Shown here: positions 55,631-64,000 of the stretch, in pieces
How positions within the stretch are numbered: the stretch's first letter is position 1
How the letters are laid out: every line of letters begins with the position of its first letter
Source: Octopus vulgaris
Lineage: Eukaryota
Assembly (NCBI GenBank): GCA_951406725.2
Contig: OX597828.1
Coordinates: forward strand, 45,198,001-45,262,000
Length of the DNA stretch: 64,000 nucleotides
Direction of reading: 5' to 3'
Notes under the pieces: model-generated
Seen by the model: the letters and a program-made list of their open reading frames with translations, nothing else
Database searches by the model: none
Told to the model about the DNA's origin: nothing
Made by a program: the position numbers and the translations under genes

Positions 55631-56024
55631 TTCGTGGCAATGCTTTCCCCATATATCCTACTAAAGGCTTTGGTTTATTTTGGAATTTAAAGTGTCGGGG
55701 GAGTTTTCGACATTGTTACTCTACTTCGCAGCTAAATCTCCCCTCTTACCTCACCCCACCCATCCTCTTCAAAAATAACACATGAAACAATGTACTTTGG
55801 GTTATTACTATTCTTGGAACAACAACAAAAAAAAAATAATAATGAAAGAAAAAAAAAAGATATGATCAGAATTCGTGAAAGCTTGAAGGACTTTGATCAA
55901 ACAATTTATTCAATCAGGGCTGATTTGGTGCTACACACACACACACACACACACATATGTGTGCATGTGTGTGTGTATAGATATGTACATATATATACAT
56001 ATATACATACATATATATATATAC

Positions 56025-56087
<63 letters not shown>

Positions 56088-56707
56088 CATACACATACAT
56101 ATATACACATACATGCATATATCTATATATGTGTGTGGTGTTTGTGTGTGTGTGTGCATATGCATGTATGTATGTATCTAAGTATATAGACTCACATATA
56201 TAAATATGCATAGATGCACGCATAGACACACACATATATACATATATATACATACACAAACACACACAGAGATTCTCCCCCACTCACACACACATATTCT
56301 TTTATAGTTTATGTAAATGCTATGTGTTTGTGTGTGTGTGTGTGCATTCGTATGTGTGTGTATATGTGTATGTGTGTGTGTGTGTGTGTGCATGCATTTG
56401 TGTTTGTATGTTTGTGTGTATGCGTATACATTTATATATGTTTGCGTATGTGTGCTTGCTTCTGTGGTGATTTATGAAGCAACAAGAACAACAACAACAA
56501 CAATAACAACAACAACAGCAACAACAACAACAACAACCGCTATAACATCACTGTTTCTTTCGTTTCAATTCCCTGTTGACCAGATTCCAACTTTTTGCCT
56601 TTTATATCTATTTGTCTATTGATTTATTGATCTGCCTTACTGCTGCTTTCTATCACTAGAAGATCCATCGGTTAGGTAGAGATTGAAATAGCCACAACAC
56701 CCCCACC

Positions 56708-56739
<32 letters not shown>

Positions 56740-57579
56740 CAACAATACAACAACAACGACAGCCTTGTCTTTATCAAACATTGATTATGAGAGGTCAGTT
56801 TTCATACAAGGCCTTCATTGCCGACAGTCAAGTAATGGTCAAATTACGTATACTTTAATTATGTCTAATTAATTATGCATGTGTGTGGGTGTTTTTGCTA
56901 TAAATATATCACAAGCAATCTGCTTTCATCTTGTTGTTTAGATCACATGGCGGTGGTGGTGGTGGTGGAGGGGGCACAATGAACCAATGAAGAAGCCACG
57001 AGGAAAGGGATTGTAAGCAGAGTCGATCGACAGGGCAAGCTCAGATTGCCCTACGTTGGAGAATGTGAGCATTTGAATCTGTTCAAGCTGCTAGAAGTAG
57101 CAGCTAAGTCACACTCAGATTGCACTTGGTATATTGTATTGGAAATAAGGATAAGGCAAAATAAAAAAAAAACAAAAGTGGGGAAGGACATGTGGTAAAA
57201 TAGAGTCCTTGATATGCTATGAAGATGATGATGATGATGACGATGATGATTCTGGTGAGTGATTTACAAAGGTTCTTTCTGAACGATGCTAAGACATCTT
57301 TTGCCTTTTGATGCTTATATAAACATCACCTCCTGGATAGGAAGCTGTGCACCACAAGTAACATTTCCCAAAGACCCAATGTTATTCTGGGATCAAAGTA
57401 AATGTGATAGACAAAAAAGTTAAGGGTAAAATTTAGGATATTGACTAATTCCCCACCTACCCCAAAAAAATCTGGCTTAGCTGTGTAGTTAAGAAGATTA
57501 ATTTGTGTTTACATGGCACCAGGTTCAATCTCAATGCAGTCACCTAAACCAAATATTTACTGCTACAGCCTTGAATTGA

Positions 57580-57975
57580 TCCCTGTGGCTCATAAAAAGC
57601 ACCATTCAAACGTGATCGTTACCAGCGTCGCCTTACTAGTACTTGTGCCGGTGGCACATAAAGAACATTCAAGCGAGGTTGTTGCCAGTGCCACTGGACT
57701 GGCTCCCGTGCAGGTGGCACATAAAAAACACCATTTGAGCATGGCCGTTGACAGTACCGCCTGACTGGCCCTCGTACTGGTGGCACATAAAAGTACCCAC
57801 TACACTCTCGGAGTGGTTGGCATTAGGAAGGGCATCCAGCTGTAGATGCTCTGCCAGATCAGATTGGAACCTGGTGTAGCCATCTGGTTCGCCATTCCTC
57901 AGTCAAATCGTCCAACCCATGCTAGCATGGAAAGCGGACATTAAACGAGGATGATGATGATGATGATGCTGATGA
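57580..57975 (+). mobile_element. Family D retroposon with four tandem units
   Basis: GGTGGCACATAAAAAGCACC-type units, terminus and (GAT)n. Confidence 0.9.
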
Positions 57976-58602
57976 GCATCATAAGTAAAGGTTGTCTCCA
58001 GTGGGATTTGAACTCTGAACTTGAAGATCCAGCACAAATATCACAAGCTTTTCTAATAGCTTGAGGGCAAGTATAATACAAATACATCATATATTATTTA
58101 AAGATATTTAATCATGTGCCTATAGTAGAAAGGATATTTAATCATGATATTTGTTTAAACAATAGAATACAAAATGTTATGTGCTAAGAGATATGGACAT
58201 TTATAGTTTAAAAGCTACACAAGAAACGGTTTGTAATTAATTAAATACAGTATCATCCATTTGGTTAGTGACATACAAGATATTATAGAAAACTAAAACT
58301 TCGTTTGGATAATAAATGGCAGCAATTAAAACAGTGGCTATCATATATATAAATTTATACATACATATATACATACATATGCATATATATAATACATATA
58401 AATATCTCTGTGTATATATGTGTGTGTGTATATATACATATATATCATATCTGGACAATTACCCCCCACAGAACAATACTCCCCAACATCAACTACCCCT
58501 AAGACAATTCCACCCACCTGGTTAATTATCCCATCTCTAATAAATTAAGAAGTTTTAAATCATCATCTGTTGTCCTCAGGGGCAATTGTCCTTGGGGGCA
58601 GG

Positions 58603-59290
58603 GGTTAATTGGTACTTACTTAATCGACCCTAAAAGGATGAAAGGTAAACTCGACCTCGGCGGAATTTGAACTCAGAACTTAGTGGCAGACGAAATACCT
58701 ATTTCTTTAATACCCACAAGGGGCTAAACACAGAGAGGACATACAAGGACCGACAAACGGATTAAGTCAATCATATCGACCCCAGTGCGCAACAGGTACT
58801 TATTTAATTGACCCCCGAAAAGATGAAAGGCAAATTCGACCTTGGCGGAATTTGAACTCAGAACGTAGCGGCAGACGAAATACCTATTTCTTTACTACCC
58901 ACAAGGGGCTAAACACAGAGAGGACAAACAAGGACAGACAAACGGATTAAGTCAATCATATCAACCCCAGTGCACAACTGGTATTTATTTAATCAAACCC
59001 GAAAAGATGAAAGGCAATTTCGACCTCGGCGGAATTTGAACTCAGAACGTAGCGGCAGACGAAATACCTATTTCTTTACTACCCACAAAGGGCTAAACAC
59101 AGAGGGGACAGACAAACAGATTAAGTCGATTATATCGACCCCAGTGCGCAACAGGTACTTATTTAATCGACCCCGAAAGGATGAAAGGCAAATTCGACCT
59201 CGGCGGAATCTGAACTCAGAATGAAGCGGCAGACGAAATACCGCTAAGACTTTCACCTGGCGTGCTAATGCTTCTGCCAGCTCATCACCT
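58603..59290 (-). mobile_element. SINE family B tandem tetramer
   Basis: GCAGACGAAATACC|TATTTCTTTA junctions near 58697, 58881 and 59066; one complete head at 59290. Confidence 0.9.
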
Positions 59291-59374
59291 TTGCAGTTAA
59301 ATAGGTGCAGTTATTGCTGCAACAAAAACGGTAATGGCACCAGGGACCGAAATAAAGATGTCACCTAAAAAGTA

Positions 59375-59850
59375 GCAACAACAGCAGCAACAACAATTTC
59401 AAAAGCTGCAGCAACAAGATTGACAAGAGGTATAAAATAGGGGAAGTAGGATAACAACAACAAAAACAAAGAGAGCAGCAGCGACAGCAGCAGCAGCAGA
59501 AACAACAATAATAACAACTGCAGCAACAAAAGCAGTTGCAACGAGAGAGGTAATGGAGGGATGAGGTGAGCAACAACAATTGAAATAATAACAGCAGCGA
59601 CAACATCATCGTCAGCAGCAGCAGCAACGGCAGCAGTAGGAAGGACAAAAAACAACAGCAATAACAGCAGCAACAACATTAACCGTAACAATAACAATAA
59701 CAACAACAACAGCAGCAGCAGCAACAACAATAACAACAACAATAACAACAACAATAACAATAACAACAACAATAACAATAACAACAACAATAACAACAAC
59801 ATCCAGAAGAACCTTGGCAGCATCGATAATAATAACCGCAATAATAACCC
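59375..59850. repeat. (CAA/CAG/TAA)n low-complexity array
   Basis: Directly visible. Confidence 0.9.
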
Positions 59851-60417
59851 TGTGAGCAATAAAGACACACAATGCCCTGATATCTCCTGTTTGTTCTAAG
59901 AACGCCCTCACCTTCATCTTGCACACACCGCCGTACCTGTATTGTTCTGCTAGCTTGACAAGTAGTCACGGCCCATTGCTTAAATTGATGCTCAAATTGT
60001 TCAGTTAGTTGAACGTGAGGTCACAGCCCATTGCCTAAACGCTGTTATTTTCGCCTGCCATGCTTTCATACCTGTATTGTTCAGATCAGATAGTTCAATG
60101 AGTGGGTGCAACCCATTGCGCTAAACGGTCACGCTTCGCCTGCCAGAGTAGTTTGATCTTAGGGCATCCGTTTATCATTTTTAGGGAAAGAAAGGGGGCG
60201 GGGGGGGGATGCAAATCCTGGATTAGGCGGAAATATTTTTAAGACATTACGCGGATAATGGATAATGGATAATACATTAATGAGACTCACTGGCACTGTC
60301 GCCACTACCACCACCACCACCACCACCTCAGCCACAGCTGCCACCGCCACCATGGCTACCACTACAGCTACTATAACTAATACTGCTGCTGTTGCTACTA
60401 CTACTCACAAGAACCAA

Positions 60418-60469
<52 letters not shown>

Positions 60470-61294
60470 GTTGCTGCTGCTGATGTTTTCACCATTGCTG
60501 TTGGCATCACAAGCACCACCAGTACCATCATCACCATCACCATCACTAGTATAACTACCATTGCCATGACTACTACCACCACCACTACCCTCCCCCACCA
60601 CCACCACCACCACCACCACCATCACAATCACTGCCACCACCACCACTACCCTCCCCCACAACTACCACCATCACCACCACCACCACCACCACCACAATCA
60701 CTGCTACCACCAGCATCACAGGCACGTGTACACTTAATATAAGTCACAGGCAGAATCAGCATGACACAGTGCATAACAGGCTTCTACACAGTTTCCATTT
60801 ACCCAAATTCACTCACAAGGCTTAAAGTCAATCCAAGTCTATGGCTAAAAGAAACTTGCCCAAGAAGCCATTCTGTACGATTAACCCCAGGGAAATTTGA
60901 TACTGATATAAGTTTCTTGACCTGGGTTCCAGTTGATCCGATCACTGGAATAGGCTTCGCATGAAATTAATGTGCAAGCGGCTGAGTACTCCACACATTC
61001 TCGTACCATTAATGTTTTCAAGGAGATTCATCGTTACACAGAATGAGACAAAGTTGGGGCTTTGGATTACAGTTAAAACACATTTTTGGCAACTGAGTAA
61101 ACTGGAGCAATATGAAATAGAGAGTCTTGCTTAAGGACACAACATGCCACCAGGAATTGACAAGACCCCCTCAACTGGGTTACATATAAAATTGAAGGAT
61201 AAGAAACTAGGTTAAAGGGACAGGGACCTCACTAAAGAGATGAATACATGGATTAACCATCAAAAAAGATAAATAGATGGATAGATAACTTGAT

Positions 61295-61637
61295 CAGTGC
61301 TCACAACATTTTTTCACTTGTGGCACACTTATCTTCTTTTCAAAATTTGGTGGCACACCTGAACTACAAATATAACTAAATATAACTGAAAGTATAGAGA
61401 AAAAACTATATTCAGATTACACTATGGCACACCTAGCATTGTCTCATGACACATCAGTGTGCAGTGTGTCACAGCATACCGGTTGAACTTATCTTCTTTT
61501 CAAAATTTAGTGGCGCACCTGAACTACAAATATAACTAAAAGTATAGGGAAAAAATTATATTCAGGTTACACTGCGGCACACCTAGCATCGTCTCATGGC
61601 ACACAATGTGCCACAGGATATCGGTTGTGGAGCACTG
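61295..61637. mobile_element. hAT-type MITE with an internal ~160-bp tandem duplication
   Basis: TIRs CAGTGCTC.CAAC / GTTG.GGAGCACTG; 8-bp flanks AACTTGAT / AGCTAGAT; GGCACAC subterminal motifs. Confidence 0.75.
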
Positions 61638-62426
61638 AGCTAGATCGACGGCAATAAAGGGCCTTGCTCAAGGACCCAATGTGCGCCAGTTTACTGAACT
61701 CACAGCCTTACGATCCTGATCTGAATGCTCTAACTACAAAGCCATAAGCCGTCACTTCTGTAAACCCCCCCCCAATGGTGAAACGGGGGTGTTAAACTGT
61801 GGCATAGTTTACATCTATCACTCAGACAGAATCCCCCTAAGACCAAACTAGCAGTGATAGATCATGCAGGATGAGGTGTTTGAGGGCTGTTGTTAAAACA
61901 TTTTGAGAATTAATGAGGTGAAGAAAGAACACAAATAGAAATCAATGATATGACGAGTGGGAAGGCATCATATAATCTTCATTTGTTTTAGGGGAAAGAA
62001 TTCCGAGATAGGACGGTAGGACGGGTGGAGTGTATTGTATAGAAGATTTTTAACAAATTTTCCAGGGTTTACTAAATACACGAGAACAAACACTTTTACT
62101 TCTCACTTTTAAGCAATTTGACTTGAAGGGTAGATGTGTGTGTGTGCATGTCTGTGTGAATGGCTGTATGTGTCTATGTGAGTGTGTATGTATGTATGTA
62201 TGTGTATGTATGTGAAGCAGTCTTGACAATCGGGAGGTAAAAATGCATGGGATGGGGGAAAGAGAGTGGGTGCATATATGTGTACAATGCATGTGCATAT
62301 ATATATGTGTGTGTATGTGTGTGTGTATGTATACATGCACACATAGATAGACAGATGGACTGATAGATAGATAGATAGAAAGATAGATAGATAGATAAAT
62401 AGATAGATAGATAAATAGATAGATAA

Positions 62427-62481
<55 letters not shown>

Positions 62482-62569
62482 CAGATACCCAGAAAGCGAA
62501 AAAGGTAAAAGTATATATATATATATATACATATGTATATGTATGTAGATATATATATGCATATATATA

Positions 62570-62600
<31 letters not shown>

Positions 62601-62619
62601 GCATATATATATATATATA

Positions 62620-62666
<47 letters not shown>

Positions 62667-62685
62667 ATGTATATATATATGTATA

Positions 62686-62716
<31 letters not shown>

Positions 62717-63368
62717 TACATATACATATAAATATATATGCATAGATATAAATATATATGTGTGTGTGTGTCTCTCTCTCTCTCTATATATATATATATG
62801 CTATGAATTAGAGGTTATTCAACTGTCTAAGGGATAAATGTATCCATAGGCACTGCTGGTGAGTGTATTACCTCACTATGTATAGGCCTTGCTGTAAGGT
62901 TAATAGTAATTGGTAATTTAAAAGGTAAACCATGGTTTAATATATTCAGGTAAGAGAAATGTAGCAACACGTAACAATTAGAAGTAGGTCATTAGTATTG
63001 AATGATCATATCTATATCTATATGTATGCATGTGTGTATATAAGCCCAAACGCAAACCTATAAGTATGTATATAGCACAGGGCGAAATCTGAAGGGGGAT
63101 GGGCGTTATACTGTACACTATTTCATTCTTAACAGAATATACTGTAACAATATACATGTGCAAGTATGACTGTGTGGTAAGAAGCTTACTTCCCAACCAC
63201 ATGGTTCCAGGTTCAGTACCATTGTATGGCACCTTGAGCAAGTGTCTTCTAATATAGACTGAGGTCAACCAATGCCATGTGAATGGATGTGAAACATGCA
63301 AACTGGAAGAAACCCATTGTATATAAATATATATATGTATGTATATATTTGTATTATGCATATACACA

Positions 63369-63412
<44 letters not shown>

Positions 63413-63618
63413 TGTGAAATAGAAAGATGAATAATCTTGTAGCAGATTAATCAAAGGTTTAACCGATACCTTGGTAGCAAAAATCACAGCAGAAGACAGC
63501 ACGGTTGGAGGTACAACCATATGGTGTTGCAACCGTGCGTTGGTGCGGATAATTGAATTTAAATATTATTGGTGAATTGAAGAAATGGAGCTGAACGAAG
63601 ATTGAACAGAAATCGTTT

Positions 63619-63712
63619 TATTTCATTCTACACGTGTTTCGAAAGGCACAATTTACCAAAATCCGATTGAATAATGAGACCATATTGTGTCTTTCTCTTC
63701 AGGAAGAAAATA
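63619..63712 (-). ncRNA. Type I hammerhead ribozyme motif (left arm)
   Basis: Mirror copy of 63819-63911. Confidence 0.8.
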
Positions 63713-63818
63713 GGAAATCCGTTGGAAAAAACAAAAACAGAACAGAGGCGGAGCAAAACAAATCGAACTAGGCTCCTAAGAACCTCTGTTCTGTTTTTGT
63801 TTTTTCCAACGGATTTCC

Positions 63819-63911
63819 TATTTCTTCCTGAAGAGAAAGACACAATATGGTCTCATTATTCAATCGGATTTTGGTAAATTGTGCCTTTCGAAACACGTGT
63901 AGAATGAAATA
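63819..63911 (+). ncRNA. Type I hammerhead ribozyme motif (right arm)
   Basis: Stem I TATTTCTTC/GAA(T)GAAATA; CTGAAGA at 63828-63834; stem II GAAAGACACAAT/ATTGTGCCTTTC (11 of 12 paired); GAAA at 63890; palindromic ACACGTGT; GUA triplet (A at 63901). Confidence 0.85.
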
Positions 63912-64000
63912 AAACGATTTCTGTTCAATCTTCGTTCAGCTCCATTTCTTCAATTCACCAATTATATATATATATATATGTTTGTTTATCCACCACACAA

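Larger units (their letters stand above)
63568..63962. repeat. Near-perfect 180-bp inverted repeat with a 34-bp spacer, part of a TA-flanked element (63410-63962)
   Basis: 63568-63748 versus 63783-63962; I see a single 1-bp indel. Confidence 0.95.

Noticed and set aside
54649-55785. 378-aa ORF, the longest in the window
   Set aside because: It is a translation of (GAT/GGT)n low-complexity DNA.
57580-57800. CRISPR-like appearance of palindromic repeats with intervening sequence (also at 20410, 29480 and 51680)
   Set aside because: The intervening parts are homologous to each other, the arrays are inside a dispersed retroposon, there are no cas genes and the context is eukaryotic.
58452-58603. 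GGACAATTACCCC motifs with inverted GGGGCAATTGTCC, suggesting a MITE
   Set aside because: The termini and TSD cannot be defined because the right side is interrupted by the SINE B array.

Overview
This is eukaryotic, AT-rich, extremely microsatellite-dense non-coding DNA, and I found no recognisable host protein-coding gene. Almost all entries in the ORF track are translations of (TA)n, (CA)n, (GATA)n, (GAT)n, (ACC)n or (TAA)n repeats. The repeat landscape resembles octopus/coleoid cephalopod genomes; this is an inference and was not verified by a search. The window is a mosaic of tRNA-headed SINE families (labelled A, B and C here), a (GAT)n-tailed retroposon family (D), decayed LINE ends (RTE-like and R4/Dong-like), two Penelope-like GIY-YIG endonuclease relics, mariner/hAT/piggyBac-type MITEs and a non-autonomous Helitron. 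The main unexpected signal is a set of about 10 type I hammerhead-ribozyme motifs (CUGANGA - stem II - GAAA - palindromic stem III - NUH). They belong to several unrelated short elements, most of which sit in (TA)n tracts. They include a near-perfect 180-bp inverted pair with one hammerhead on each strand (63568-63962) and a cluster of five consecutive modules at 12060-13580. All folds were paired by eye and none has been tested for cleavage. Element boundaries are approximate unless a TSD or terminus is quoted.
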